Part shown: piece by piece, positions 15,010 through 32,935 of the stretch
How positions within the stretch are numbered: the stretch's first letter is position 1
Layout: every line of letters begins with the position of its first letter
Assembly (NCBI RefSeq): GCF_009914755.1
Contig: NC_060933.1
Strand: one strand, 5' to 3'
Origin: the human T2T-CHM13v2.0 reference genome, Homo sapiens
Length of the DNA stretch: 64,000 nt
Position numbers and translations under genes: made by a program
Notes under the pieces: model-generated
Told to the model about the DNA's origin: nothing
Databases searched by the model: none
What the model saw: only the letters and a program-made list of their open reading frames with translations

Positions 15010-15389
15010 GCGTCTTGGTTAGCTCGTAACAAAATACCACAGACTGGGTGGTTTTAGCAACAAACATTTATTTCTCCCAGTTGTAAAGGCTGGAAGTCTG
15101 AGATCAGGATGCCAGCCTGGTTGGGTTGTTGGTGAAGGCCCTCCTCCTAGTTCACAGACAGCTGCTTTCTCGTTATAACCTCACATGGCAGAGAGAAACA
15201 GAGAGAGAGAGAGTGAGTGAGCTCTGGTCCCTTTTCCTCTTCTTATAAGGACACCAATCCCATCATGCGTGCTTCACATTCATCTAGATCTAATTATCTC
15301 CCAAAGGCTTACCTCCAAATACCACCACATTGGGGATTAAGGCTTTGGAATATTAATTCTGGGAAAACACAAACATGCAGTCCATAGTA
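15010..15389 (-). mobile_element. MLT1A-type LTR
   Basis: taacaaaataccacagactgggtgg...aggctggaagtctgagatcagg...cacaaacatgcagtccatagta. Confidence 0.85.
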
Positions 15390-15984
15390 GGGAGGCATAA
15401 CTCAGGATATGGCAGAAAGGAAACAAAAGCCCATCCCTTCTCACTCAGGTAGGCTGCAGCAAGAAAAGAGACAGAGGTAGAGCTAGCAGGAAGCACTTTA
15501 TGATCCTCAGTTTTCCCTTCTTAAAGATTCCCTCTGATATGAAATCTCAGAAATATCCACAGAGCCATGAGAAAATGATGGGCATTAGAGATGGATGGAG
15601 TAAGCGTTAAGTCTGAAGGAGTCCTACACGAGACCTCTTTAAGATGGTCCAGTATATGGCAAAAAAGCGGTGGAAGGGAGCTTTAGAGGTCAGTATGAGG
15701 CTTCACTCTATGCTCCTATGCCTTGCTTAACATTCAGGTAACCCAGGTATTCTCCCATGTCCTTGTGAGTAGGTGCACAGAATGCCAGAACTATATAGAA
15801 TCAAAAAGCCTCTCGTGCACAAAGATTTTGTAACTAAGGGAAGGTGGCTGAGACCATGGATGTTAGCAGTAAGGGCCAGTACATCACCTCAGCAGGTCTA
15901 ATGGGACAAGTCATACCTCAGTGGTCAGCAGCCTAGAAGCTAAACAGCTCGGACATGTAGCAAAGACCTGCCAGGACCTGCATC

Positions 15985-16146
15985 CTCACTCCTTGAAGTA
16001 TGTGCAAGGACCAGCAGCATCAGCATCACTTGATCTTGTTAGATATGAAGAATCTTGGGCACCATCCTGGAACTACTGAATCAGAATCTGCACTCTGACA
16101 AGATGAACATTTAATTCATGTCACATTTAAGTTTCAGAAGCAGTGA
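15985..16146. mobile_element. MER5A-like hAT-Charlie DNA transposon
   Basis: ggaccagcagcatcagcatcac...cttgttag...ctactgaatcagaatctgcac...aagtttcagaagcagtg. Confidence 0.75.
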
Positions 16147-17282
16147 TCTAGAAGAGATTGTATGGATCCAAGGCCTCTGCCTCTCTCCTCTAACCCATCA
16201 TGAGATTATACACCAAAATCACCCTCTGTAGCCATGTGCTCTCTTAGAGAGAAGCAAAAGACAGGGGAGAAAATGTGAAGACCAAGAATTATACAGAGAC
16301 TCAGTTTTCTAAAGACATCTGAATTTTTGAATTGGACCAAGTTTACTAGATTGGACAAAAACTGGTCCCTAGAGATTAATCAGAGGTGGAAAGTGAAACT
16401 AAATTTTCTTTGCCCATTTGAAAATAGTAGGGTTAGACTATAAGACCTGCCATAAAATGATCGTTGCATTTGGGGGGAAAATAGAGACTACTTTCCTGGT
16501 TTTTGATGTTTTCATTACTCATGATTCTTCTCAGTCAGGTAAAAATGAATGCTGCATACATTGTATGGTTTCTCATTTGCTGTTTCATATTCCTCACCTA
16601 TTTTATAGTCTCTTGGGCATTTACATTTTTTGACTCATTTCTTACTGAATGGATCCACACTTCTTTTTGCACAGTAGGAGATGCAGCTTAAAGCTGAACT
16701 TTTTTGCTTTTTTCTGCCCTGGGATTTAGGCAAGTCTGGACATATCTACACAGCTGGTAGAGGAGGCTGGCAGGACTCTATTTACTTAAAGGAATAAAGA
16801 CCCATTTAGTAAAGAATTAATCTTAGAGGAAGAGAGTGGAGGTAAAGGAAAAAGGAAAAGGATCACTGGGTCTCAAAGTATAATATATAGCAAGTCTTGA
16901 AAATTAGATTTTTTGTTGTTGTTGTAAAGGAGTTTCTAAGATTCTTTTACTCTCAATTAATAGATAAAGTACCAGGACTCTTGGGACTTATTGATGCTTA
17001 GAGAGGTGTCATTCAGGATCTGACAGGGAGGAAACAAAAAGCCCAGCCCTTCTGGCTCAGTTGGTTCATGGACAATGAAAAAGAGTGGGGTCTCACTCAG
17101 ACTGTCTCTTACTTCATCAAGGAAATGAGGGCCCATTAGGCATAACCTCCTTCAGCTCCCCGGTATTGTCCCTGTAAATAGCTATATTAATATTCATCCA
17201 GAGCAACTTTTCTCTTGTCTCAGAGGATGCAATGTTGCACATTTTGTCAAGTATTTCCCTTAACTCCATCGCTTCCCACCTC

Positions 17283-17570
17283 TTTTTTTTTTTTTTCTTT
17301 TGAGACAGAGTTTTGCTCTTGTTGCCTAGGCTGGAGTGCAATGGTGTGATCTAGGCTCAACACAACCTCTGCTTCCTAGGTTCAAGCAATTCTCCTGCTT
17401 CAGCCTCCCGAGTAGCTGGGGTTAGATTACAGGCATGCGCTACCACACCCGGCTAATTTTGTATTTTTAGTAGAGACGGGGTTTCTCCATGTTGGTCAGG
17501 CTGCTCACGAACTCCCAACCTCAGCCTCCCAAAGTGCTGGGATTACAGGTGTGAGCAACCGAGCCCAGCC
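17283..17570 (-). mobile_element. AluSp/Sq with internal deletion
   Basis: ttttgctcttgttgcc and tttctccatgttggtcaggctg diagnostics; TSD cttcccacctcttt on both sides. Confidence 0.93.
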
Positions 17571-17599
17571 CCCTTCCCACCTCTTTAGGGACCTCCTAT

Positions 17600-21732
<4,133 letters not shown>

Positions 21733-21989
21733 CTATACGGAGCACAACTTCCCTTTGTTATGGCCTTATTCCTCCCACACTTGCTTCTTTCTCTCTTCCT
21801 GCAAACATGTTCAAATTTTTCTCATGTCAATGATCCTTCCACTGGCCCTTCCATATTCACTCAAAATAATATTTATTGAGTGCTTACCAAGGGCAAGCAT
21901 TGTTCTAGATGCTGAGAGTATTGTGAGCAAATAATGCAGATGTAATCTCTGTCTTCCTGAAATGTATAGTCTAGCGTCACCATACTCTC

Positions 21990-23435
21990 TAGCTACCATC
22001 CAATCTTATTTCCTCTTCATCTGAACCTCAGAGTAATCCATGCTGCCTGATCTTCCTCCTGTGATCTCTTCTTAAATTAGTGCCATCCTATCATCGAAGC
22101 CAAAAACCTAGGAGCTCATCCTAGTTTCATCCTGCTCCTTACCCTTCCTATCACCAAATCCAGCTGATATGATCTAAAAATTTTCAAAATAATTCCGCTT
22201 CTCTCCATCTCTACTGCCATGTTTCTATACTGGCCTTAATCACCTTTTGTTCATCAGTGGTTATTATAACTGGCCTTCCTGCCTCTAGTTTTAGCTCCAT
22301 TAAATCCACCTTCCAGACTGAGGCTATAGAGTTCACCCTTATGCTTATAACCCCTCAAAAACATTCTCAATTTCCTATAGGATAAAGTGCAAGTTCCTCA
22401 GTGGGGCCTCATATTTTTGTCACTGCCTTCATCTCCAGCCTCACTAACTCCCTGTACTCTCTCTACTTGCAGGTCTCCACATATAGCATGCTTGGTATGT
22501 GTATGTACTTAACCCTGTAACTGCCTGGAACAACTTTTCTCAGGCCTTCTTGCCCACTGTCACCTCGCTATATCTACCTTCAGATGTTCCTAGATTTATT
22601 TTTCAAAGCTCTGCTTTTAGTTACATATAGTACTCTGAAAAGCCTTCCCAGAGAATCCTTCCTGGAGGGAAGAATTGTTGTTCTTCCTCTATGCGTCCAT
22701 AGTAGCTTTTACGTTATTTTATAGCTCTCTGTTCTATCTTTCTCACCAGGCAGTGAGGTCCTTTTTTTTTTCCTTTTCTTTTCTTTTATTTTTTATTTTA
22801 TTATTATTATACTTTAAGTTTTAGGGTACATGTGCACAATGTGCAGGTTAGTTACATATGTATACATGTGCCATGCTGGTGTGCTGCACCCATTAACTTG
22901 TCATTTAGCATTAGGTGTATCTCTTAAAGCTATCCCTCCCCCCTCCCCCCACCCCACAACAGTCCCCAGAGTGTGATGTTCCCTTTCCTGTGTCCATGTG
23001 TTCTCATTGTTCAATTCCCACCTATGAGTGAGAACATGCGGTGTTTAGTTTTTTGTCCTTGCGATAGTTTACTGAGAATGATGATTTCCAATTTCATCCA
23101 TGTCCCTACAGAGGACATGAACTCATCGTTTTTTATGGCTGCATAGTATTCCATGGTGTCTATGTGCCACATTTTCTTAATCCAGTCTATCGTTGTTGGA
23201 CATTTGGGTTGGTTCCAAGTCTTTGCTATAGTGAATAGTGCCGCAATAAACATACGTGTGCATGTGTCTTTATAGCAGCATGATTTATAGTCCTTTGGGT
23301 ATATACCCAGTAATGGGATGCCTGGGTCAAATGGTATTTCTAGTTCTAGATCCCTGAGGAATTGCCACACTGTGGAAGTCAGTGAGGTCCTTTAAAAAAG
23401 TGATTGGCAGATGGTTGGTGCTGAACTGTTGTGGA
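21990..23435 (+). mobile_element. L2 relic hosting the second L1PA
   Basis: ccaaaaacctaggagctcatcctag..., ggataaagtgcaagttcctcag..., L2-like end near 23410-23435. Confidence 0.55.
22765..23379 (-). mobile_element. 5'-truncated L1PA (about PA3), ~0.6 kb
   Basis: ORF2 C-terminus (…KTKHRMFSLIGGN*, 23011-23370 minus), 3'UTR with ctaatgctaaatgac, poly(T) on plus strand; 14-bp TSD cagtgaggtccttt at 22751-22764 and 23380-23393. Confidence 0.96.
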
Positions 23436-24829
23436 ATCAGGCATCAGATAAGCCTTGATCTGAGCCTTGATCTTCTTCCATGATTGAGTGAGATTCCCTG
23501 AGCTACTGATATGGCGTCCAGTCTCAACTGTGGTTTTATCCTAAAGTGTCATTGAATATCCAGCTTCTCTTCCTAGCAATGAGACATTAATGGCTCTATC
23601 TTAGCTTTCCACTCAGCCTGTCCTATGGTAGGAACTCCACTTGACCTGTGGTTATGGGAGACACATCTATGATGCACCATCGCTATCACTTGTCTAGATC
23701 TTATCTCAGCACACTGGGTTCTCTTTCCATTTACACTAAAATCAGACATTTAAGGGTGAACTTGGGGGTTAAACAAACATATGTGGATACATTTGAGAAA
23801 CAGACCATCAGCATTACATGCCATTGAGCCTTTTAGTGTCTGAGACCTAAGGTTTTATTTGTTTACTCACCCAATCATTTTATATAAATGTATATTTATA
23901 TTTTAAGCTTTCTTTTAAAGCCACTGCATAGCTTCACTATGACCAGATAATGAGAATTCTTGACAATGGAGTGTCGTGGAGGTATTCAAACCCCCGGGGT
24001 GGGGACCGAGGCCAGCAGTTAGATGTTAGGCAAACTCTTCTGCTGAGACACATGCTTCCCCTACACAAACACAGATACAAATGTCAGAGCTGGAAAGGAG
24101 ACCTTAGGGATCATCCTGGTGAGCTATCATTTTAGAGATGCAGATACTGAGCCTATTAAAATTTTAAGTCAGTGCCTTCAGATGTTATCCCATGGATAGT
24201 GATGGGTAGCATTTGAATGTCCTGGAAAAATGGTTACAAATAGTGTATGAATTCCCTGTTCCTATCCCATTGGCAGGGATTTAAATCAGGTATAGGTTGG
24301 AAATCATCGGTTTCAGTAATTTGTCAAGTTATTGGCTCACAGTCAGGATTAGAACATGGGTTCTCTGCTCTCTACAGTACAACAGATGGCCTTCCTCCAT
24401 CTATCTAACCATAAACAATTCTATCTTTTTTCTACTGAATGCACGTGGGACCCTCACTTGGTCACACATTTCTTGCTATTCCTCCCAGATTTGTCCTATT
24501 CACAAATTGGATAAATAAATCATCTTAGTTTTCACATCGTTTATAAAATGTTCACAAAGACAAAACAACACTGGAACCTCCCAGCTCACATTAGAACCTC
24601 CAGTGGTGGATACTATCCCATCAACCTGCATCCCTTTGGGATTCTTCATTTGCCTAATTGATAATTTTTCCTTTTGAACTCAATCCAACCCTTATTTCTC
24701 TATTTTGTCCCAAAATGATGTTATGAAAGATGTCAAATGCCTGGTTGACATACAGAAACATTATATCCAACTTTTCCCTCAACTTACAGGCTTGTGAAAC
24801 TATCAACAAATCATTTGTAAAAATTTAAA

Positions 24830-26520
24830 TGAACCTGATCTCCATTTATTAATATTCTCTCCTTCTTCAAAGCCTATGACTCAGGTCTCCTGGTTTTCTT
24901 TATATCTCTCTGACAATTACCTCTCTAATTCATTGGCTATTTCTCTATTTTTCTTAGCCCAGTTTCTATCACTTCTACATTCTCACATCATTTTACATAC
25001 TCTTCCCAGGTCGTCTCATCTAAATTGAAGAATTCAACCACTATCTATTTGCTAATGACTCCAAGATCTATGACCAGTTTTTCCAAAATATAGGCCCCAT
25101 ATTCTCATCTACACCTGAATGTTTGGCTGCAGGCTTATACCAGAGATACCAGTCATTTTTTTGTTTGCCAACATTCCCTTCTTAGAGACGTGCCCACATC
25201 CCATAAAGAGTAGTCACATAAATCACTCTGACTTCATCCCTCAGGCCATAGCTGACTTGGCCAGAGTGGATATCTCATCCAAGCTAGTCCAGTCAGATTC
25301 CCTTGTGTGGGAATCAATCACCTCCATCTGTAAGGTGATTTAGGGCTTGGAATTGTGTCCTGAGGATAAATAAGCAGAGAAAGCCAGTATACAGGGAGAA
25401 TCCAGAGATTAGGGCAGACATGCAAAGGGAAGCAAAGCAAAGGACATCGTGATTTCAGAAAGATAGAGATGGAGTAGGTGGCTGCCTGAGAATTTTCCAG
25501 TGCCAGCAAGCCTATGCTTTATTGCTTTCATTGTATTTCATGAGATTAACCATCCTTTATCAAATACAATTTGAAAACCTACTTTATGCCAGGAACTTTG
25601 CTAGGTATAAGAGAAATTTTGTTGAATAAGGAAACCATGGTCTATGACTCCACAAATCTACATTTGAATGCCTTCTCACAGTAAATTCTTGTTTCCTTGC
25701 ATTTACTTGAGTGTGTTTCTTGCATTCCATCAATCCATACTTAATTCTTTTTTTTCTTTTTTTAATTTTTGTTTTCCTGGGTAAGCACTTAATTCTTACT
25801 GTATCCCAAACCAACCTCATCTTCCTCACTATGCCAGCTCCTTCTCCAAAAAACCTACAATCTTGATCAGCGGTGGTATGCCCAATCTTGATTAACTGGG
25901 TAGTATGCCCAGTTTTCAAAACCAGAAACCTCACAGTTGCCCTTTGTTCCTCCTCTGCTTCACTACATATCTAGTCCGTTACCAAATACTTTGGGTTCTA
26001 CCTCAAAATGCGCTTCCTTTCAGATCTTACTTTTTGTCCTTACTTTTATCTTGTCCAGGGTTAGATTCTTGACACCTGCCACTTGAGTGTTTCAACCACC
26101 TCCTGTCAGATCTACCTGTTGAATATCTCCCTACACAGCTCATCCTCCATGATGTCATCAGACCTCTTCCTAGGATCCATACTGGATCTTGACACATGCC
26201 TCCTAAACATGTCCACTGGCTTTCCATTATCACGAAAATAAAACCCATACACCTTATACAAAAGACCCTACTTGATCTGGTCCAAATTCCTCTCAATTGC
26301 TCTCTCCCACAACTTGTATTCCAGTGATTTCCAGTCACTAAACATGTAGCATTTTCTGAGTTTGCTCATTTTTAATAATATACATTTCCTTCTGTCTAAA
26401 AAGGCTATCCTCAGGTCTTGGCCTGGCAAAGTCATCTTTTAAGACCAGCTCAAATATCATCTATTCTGAGCCAGGCAGAGGACATGTTCTCTTAAGGCAT
26501 TCTGTTCACCCCTCTGGCAT
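24830..26520 (+). mobile_element. L2 fragments with an MLT1 insertion (~25140-25570)
   Basis: gctaatgactccaagatcta, cccaaaccaacctcatcttcc, tttaagaccagctcaaatatcatct. Confidence 0.55.
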
Positions 26521-26814
26521 AATCTAGCCGAGAGTGACAAGAGATTACGATAATAATCCCTTATGACCTTGCCTTGCTGTTAACAAAGTTATCTCGTTTG
26601 AACCATATAATGACTCAGATGAGGCAAGAAGGCATCCCATTTCATAGATGAGAAAATGGGCTCAAGACAACAAGTATCCTCCCCAGTGTCATGTGGACAG
26701 GATGGGGTCCAGATTTTGTAGCCAGAATCTGGCCACATAAAAGATCTGAGCTGAGGTGCTTCAGGAGTTCTGCACACATTTGATTTGTATTTTATTTTAA
26801 AACATGTATTTTAA

Positions 26815-28240
26815 TAATTTAAAAAAAAGATTGATATAAAAGTCACCATTTTAGCCATTTTAAAGTGTGCAATCTAATAGTTTTTAGTATATTCACAATG
26901 TCGTACAACTGTTACCATTAAGTAACTCCAGAATATTCCCATCACTCCCAAAAGAAACCCTATACCTCCCAATCCCATCCTCTACCTGCCCTTGGCAACT
27001 ACTTTTGTCACTATGAATTTACCTATTTTGGATATTTCACATGAATGAAGTTATATAATATGTGACCCTTTTTTGTCTGGCTTCTTTCCTTAGCATAATG
27101 TTTTCAAGTCTCATATATGGTGTAGCATGTATCAGCGCTTCGTTCTTTTTTATTGCCTAATAATATTTCATTGCATGAATATACCACATTTTGTTTATCC
27201 ATTCATCAATTGATAGACATTTGGGTTGTTTCCACTTTTTGGCTCTTGTGAATAATGTCCCTATGAACATTCCGGTACAAGCTTTTGTGTGAACATATAT
27301 TTTCAATTCTCTTGGGCATATACCTAGGTATAGAATTGTAGGGTCATACGGCAAATCTTTAACTTTTGAGGGATTGCCAAACTTTTTCCAGAGCACTGCA
27401 CCATTTAATAATATATTCCCACCAGCAATATATTAAAGGTACCAATTTATCCATATCCTTACCAACAGTTATTTTCTTGGCTTATTATTATGATGATGAT
27501 AGTAGTTCTAGTAGGTATGAAGTAGCATCTCATTGTGGTTTCTTATTTGCCTTTTTCTAATTCCTAATGAGCATCTGTTCACATACTTATCAGCCATTTG
27601 CATATCTTCTTTGGAGAACTATCTATTCACATTCTTTGTCCATCTTTTAATTGGGTTATTTACCTTATTCTTGAGTTTTGTGAGGTTCTTTATGTATTCT
27701 GGATATATATGATATATTATTTGCACAAATTTTCTTATATTCTCTGGGTCATCTTTTCCCTTTTTTGATAGTTTCCTTTTATACATAGAAGGTTTTAAGT
27801 CCAATTATTTATTTATTGTGCTTTTGATGTCATCTTTTAAAAACTGTTGCCTAACCAAAGGTCATAAAGCTATATCACAGCTATATTTTCTTCTAAGAGT
27901 TTTACAGGTTTAGCACTTATATTTTGGTAAGCCTTAGATCCGTTAGAGATAATTTCTATAAATGGTGTGAGGTAGAGGTCCAAATCACTCTTTGCATGTG
28001 AATATTCAGGTAACCTGGGATCATATATTGAAAAGACTATTCTTTCCTCATTTAGTGGTCTTGGAATCCTTGCAAAACATTTATTGACCATACATGTATG
28101 GTTTATTTCTGGACACTCAACTCTATTCCATTGGTATATATGTCTATACTTATGCCAGTACCATGTCGTTTTGATTACTACAGCTTTGTAGGAAGTTTTG
28201 AAACTGAGAAGTGCGAGTCCTCCAACTTTGTTCTTATTTA
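26815..28240 (-). mobile_element. L1MB-type 3' fragment
   Basis: ccattttaaagtgtgcaat...ttttagtatattcacaatg; degenerate ORF2 peptides (PYDPTILYLGICPRELK, WKQPKCLSIDEWINKMWYIH). Confidence 0.85.
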
Positions 28241-28399
28241 CTTCAATAATTTAAAAGCATGTGTACATCTTCTTCTAAAAATTTTTTTAAAGTACTATGT
28301 GCTTATTTTACACAAGTTAAAAATTTACCTAAGAATTTAAGATAAAAATGAAGGCAGAAGGCAGATATTGTCAACTCACTGTCAACATTTTGAAGCATT

Positions 28400-30270
28400 T
28401 CCTTCCACTTTTACAAATGTGTCTGTATGTACATCTAAGTAAATAAATAATACACATTTTCATATTTATGGAAACTGAAATGCATAGTTTTATATCTGCT
28501 TTTTTCCACTTAGCATTATATTGGGAGCAATTTTCCAGATTATTAAATATTCCTGGAAAATGTCATTTTTACAGCTGCATTCTATTATATGGATGTATAA
28601 TAGTCACTTCTCTAGAGCTGGACACGTAGGCTATTTCTAGTGTTTTTCTGGCGTAAATGTTGATGTAATAAACTTGCTTATATGTCTTTTTGTGCATGTT
28701 TAATATCCTTCTTAGGATAGATGCTATAAGTAGAATCACTGGGTCAAAAATTTTAAGAATTTTAAGAATCTTGATTTTTATGGTTAAATTCTGTACCATT
28801 CCTAATGAGTTATATGAATTCCAAGTTCTTTATGTATAGGTGCAAATAACTTACCTGTTTTTTTTTTTTTTTTTTTTTTTGTGCCTACATTTAATTTTGG
28901 TAATTAAATATTTTGACTTATGGAAGCTTCAGATTTTCCTTGAAATTATATCTTCTAAGTTTTTATTCTTATTTTAATTTTGTATTTTCTTTAACTGCTT
29001 TTAGATTGGAATGTCCTTATTCACAAAGGGACCACAGACATTTATCTCCCTCTACTTTCAGGTTTTGTTTTGTTTTGATCTCACATAGCCATCTGAAATT
29101 TATTTTAATGTTATTTCTTTAGGAAATATCTAATTTGATTCTTTCCTGAATTTTTAGCCATAATATTTTGTTTGTTATGGTCTTAAAGTTTATATTTGGT
29201 AGAACTGATCTTGAGTTTTCTTTTTGTGTGGTTTTTTTTTTTTTTTGGCATTTAGTCTGCACTTTTGCCTCCAGATAAATTTTATTAGCACATTGTCAAA
29301 TTTTTGAAAAATCTCACTGAGATTTGGATTGAGATGACATTAGACCTCTAAATTAATATGACATCTTTACAGTATTCATTTACCCATCCAGGAACATCAT
29401 CAATCTCTCTATTTTTATGAATCACAGCCAGGTCTTGTGATTTTTTTTCATATGGATCATGCATATAAGCTTATCCCTCGGGTTTTCTGTGTGTCTTATT
29501 AAAATCATGAATAGAAACCTTTTGTTGTTTTTGTTGCTTTTCTACTTAAAACGTATTCTAACAAATACTTAACAAACGTTTCAATTTGTATTTTTGTCTC
29601 ATATCTATATCTTGATAGTTTTTCAGTAGATGCTTTGGAGTTTTAAGATTATGTGATATTATTTGCTTATAGTTATTACGTTGTCTCTTCATTTCCAGTA
29701 ACTACAAATGTGGCTTTTCTTTTTCAAATATTAGTAGAATATTTAGAACTTTAACAACAGTATTATATAAGTGTGGACAAAGGGAATACTTATTTTGTTC
29801 CTTTGGTAATGGCAATGCCTGTAGTGCTTGTTTTGCTATTAAGAGAATAACTATCTATTGGCTTAAGATAAATATTCTTCCTTGTATTAAGGAAGCATCC
29901 TTCTATTCCTGGTTTACTAAATTGTTTTTTTAAATACAAAATTTGAGTTGAACTTTATTACAATCTTGTCATTATCCTTCGAAATAATCATATTTTTCTT
30001 CTTCTAACAACTGACATTATGTGTGTGTGTGTGTGTGTGTGTGTGTATACATACACATATATGTATTTCCTAATATAAACCATCTTTACATTCCTGGGAA
30101 CTATTTTATTTGGTTGTAGTATAGCGTTTATTTAAGTTGGTGCTGAATTTTATTTGCTAGTATTTAGCACTTCCCATTGTTATATTATGAAAGACTGGCC
30201 TGGCATTTTTGTTGTTGTTTTGTGCTATTTGTGTCATCTTTTAATAATGTGGCTATTCTGCCTTTATCAA
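28400..30270 (-). mobile_element. Highly decayed L1M(E) fragments
   Basis: gacatctttacagtattc...ccatccaggaacat; ttaaggaagcatccttctattcctggtttact. Confidence 0.55.
30019..30046. repeat. (TG)n microsatellite
   Basis: Direct reading. Confidence 0.95.
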
Positions 30271-31465
30271 AAAAAAAAAAAAAAAGGAAAGTATTCTTTT
30301 GTCTTCTATGCTTTGAGAATGTGTGTGGTTTTTAGATTCATTCCGTGCAGGTTCCCCCTCTTGCTCCCTAGCTCACATCCTCCACTCTCCTTTCCACATC
30401 TCTGATTTCCACCACTTCTCCCCCATGTCACTGTGTTGGAGCGTGGAAGCTCTAAAGGTGAGATGCAGGCTGAGGTTGTCTGTCTGCTGCCACTGAAGAG
30501 TCTTGCGTGTGTTTCCCCAGACTCCAGGAGTGTATGCCATAAAAGGGTCCCAGTGAGAGTCATCTTAAATGTATTCACCAAGAGAATCATATGAATCCAA
30601 GACCCACCCACATGTGGTCCAAGAAAAGCCCAAAGCCTGGGAGGCAGAGAGTCCACATGACCAGCCAGATGCTGCCTTGTCTGCCTCAGAGGAACTGCCC
30701 TTACCATGTCTAACAGGAAGAACTTCTAGGAAACCACCAAACGCCTATAAAAAAGGGGGCCAACCACTGTGCAACCACCACATAGAAGGTACTGCTGCCA
30801 GATTACAATGTTCTGGGCAAGAAAGATAATTTGGGTCATAAGGTTTCTTCCTCTCTTCCCCAGGATCTGAAGATAGGAGGTGAGAAAATTTAAATTAAAT
30901 GAAGGTTGGAGTTTTGATATCACACTGAATGGGATTTTAATTATTTAACAATTTCAGGAGAACTTTTATTACCAGAAAGTACCTAGAAAGCTATGGAACC
31001 TATCCGAGCTTGCTTCGGGGAAATGACTTCCGAGGAGAGTTAGAAGAGGTTGTGGTGGGAAAGAATAGTGCTGGCTGTGGCTTGCTCCCGGGGGGTTCAG
31101 CTTAGTAAGCAAACAGGCCCAGAGATGCACTTAGAGAACAATCACCACGAGTGATTCCATGCCTTCTTTCACACACAGTTATTTTTAGAATATTCGACTT
31201 TATTATGCTTTCGGAGGTGATGGCAATGTACCAGTTAAGCTCAATCTTGGACATTGTGATGTGCTTTTATTGCTACAGTCTCTAATTGAAATAAAATGGA
31301 AGAACAAGGAAAGCATTTAAAGAGAGCAAGAAAAATAGCTCACATGGGCTTTTGGCAAAAGAAAAAATATCTAGATACCAACATATACTTAGGACAAATT
31401 AAAAATACAATTACACATCAAAACATACAGTTTGTGGAAAAAACCTCTTTTTTTCCAAAAAAGTC

Positions 31466-31832
31466 TGTATTAATTTATTCTCACAGTGCTATGAAGAAAT
31501 ACCTGAGACTGGGTAATTTATGAAGAAAAGAGGTTTAATTGACTCACAGTTCTGCAGGGCTGGGGAGGCCTCAGGAAACTTACAATCATGGCAGAAGGGG
31601 AAGCAAATATGTCCTTCTTCACATGATGGCAGCAGGGAGAAGTGCAGGGCAAAGGGGGGCGGAAAGCCCCTTATAAAACCATCGTATCTCATGAAAACTC
31701 ACTAGAACAGCATGCAGGTAACCGCCCCCATGATTCAATTACCTCCCACCGGGTCCCTGCCGTGACATGCTGGGATTATGGGAACTACAATTCAAGATGA
31801 GATGTGGGTGGGGACACAGCCAAACTATATCA
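31466..31832 (-). mobile_element. THE1 (C-like) solo LTR
   Basis: tgtattaatttattctcacagtgctatg...gggtggggacacagccaaactatatca. Confidence 0.92.
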
Positions 31833-32280
31833 GAGCCCAATATATTCAATATATTGGAAAAATTATAATGGAATGGAATGGAATGTGACACTTTTTACTT
31901 TGATCTGAGTATTTTCAATATCCTATTTATTTGTGTTATTACCTTTTAGATCAGAATCTAAAAATAATTTGGGGTCCTTGATATAGTCATGCAACATTTG
32001 ATATATTTCCTTTTTTTGAAGTTTCTGGTAAGAAAATTTATCAAATTGATTCATTTAAGTGCAGGGGCATAGAAATAAATGATCTCCTCCATTACCCAGA
32101 ATTGTTTAAAATCATTTGGTAGACTCTCAATATTTCTTGCAGATTGACTTTGTTTATTTGTTTGTTTTTGGTCAATGCAGTATGGCAGAATGAAACGGAG
32201 TTAGTTTTTGGACAATTTTCATAGTTGCCAATGATTAATTCATCAGTCGTGATTTTTCAAACTATTAAATACAAAGTCCA

Positions 32281-32678
32281 TGTCTTAGACTGAGTCCCCC
32301 AGATGTAGACCCTGAGACAAGGATTTGAGTTCAAGCAGTTTATTTGGGAGGAGATCCCAGGAAGTACTGCCATGGAAGTGAGGAAGTGAAACAGGGGAGG
32401 GAAGCAAACCAGCATTGGGTACGCTGAGGGCCAACGTACCGCTATGGGCTACCTGCTGGGAACCTCTGGGAGCCTGAAAGGAGCCCACCTGCAGTGAGCT
32501 GGTATTTATCTGCCGTCTCCCTGGGCATTGGTTGAGAGCTGTTAGGGCAGGGTTGAGTGTTAACTCTCCACGCTTCCCACTAGCCTGTGTGTGACACATA
32601 TCTACAACTAGAGAGTCCTGGGCAGTAAGGGACGACACAACAGTGAGTTCTAGGAATGACTGACCTATACAACCTACA
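32281..32678. mobile_element. LTR16-family ERVL LTR
   Basis: tgtcttagactgagtcccccag...agaccctgagacaaggatttgagttcaagcagtttatttgggagg. Confidence 0.75.
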
Positions 32679-32719
32679 TGACGTGTATCGATCGGGAGCC
32701 GGATGTGAGAGACAGAAGA

Positions 32720-32935
32720 CTGAGTGTAAAATCATACAGTCTAAAGCCAACCTGGGTTCAAACCAGATCTGCTCCTGTTTGTATGTGACCCTGAGCAAGT
32801 TATTTAATCTCTTGGCACTCAGTTCCCTCATCTATAAAATAAAGATAATCATATTACCTACCCTCATAGGGTTGTTGTGAGGATTGAGTCGATATAAGTA
32901 ACAAGTTTAGAATAATGTTGACTCATGGCATATAC
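32720..32935 (+). mobile_element. MIR
   Basis: ctgggttcaaacc...gtgaccctgagcaagttatttaatctc...cctcatagggttgttgtgaggattga. Confidence 0.85.
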
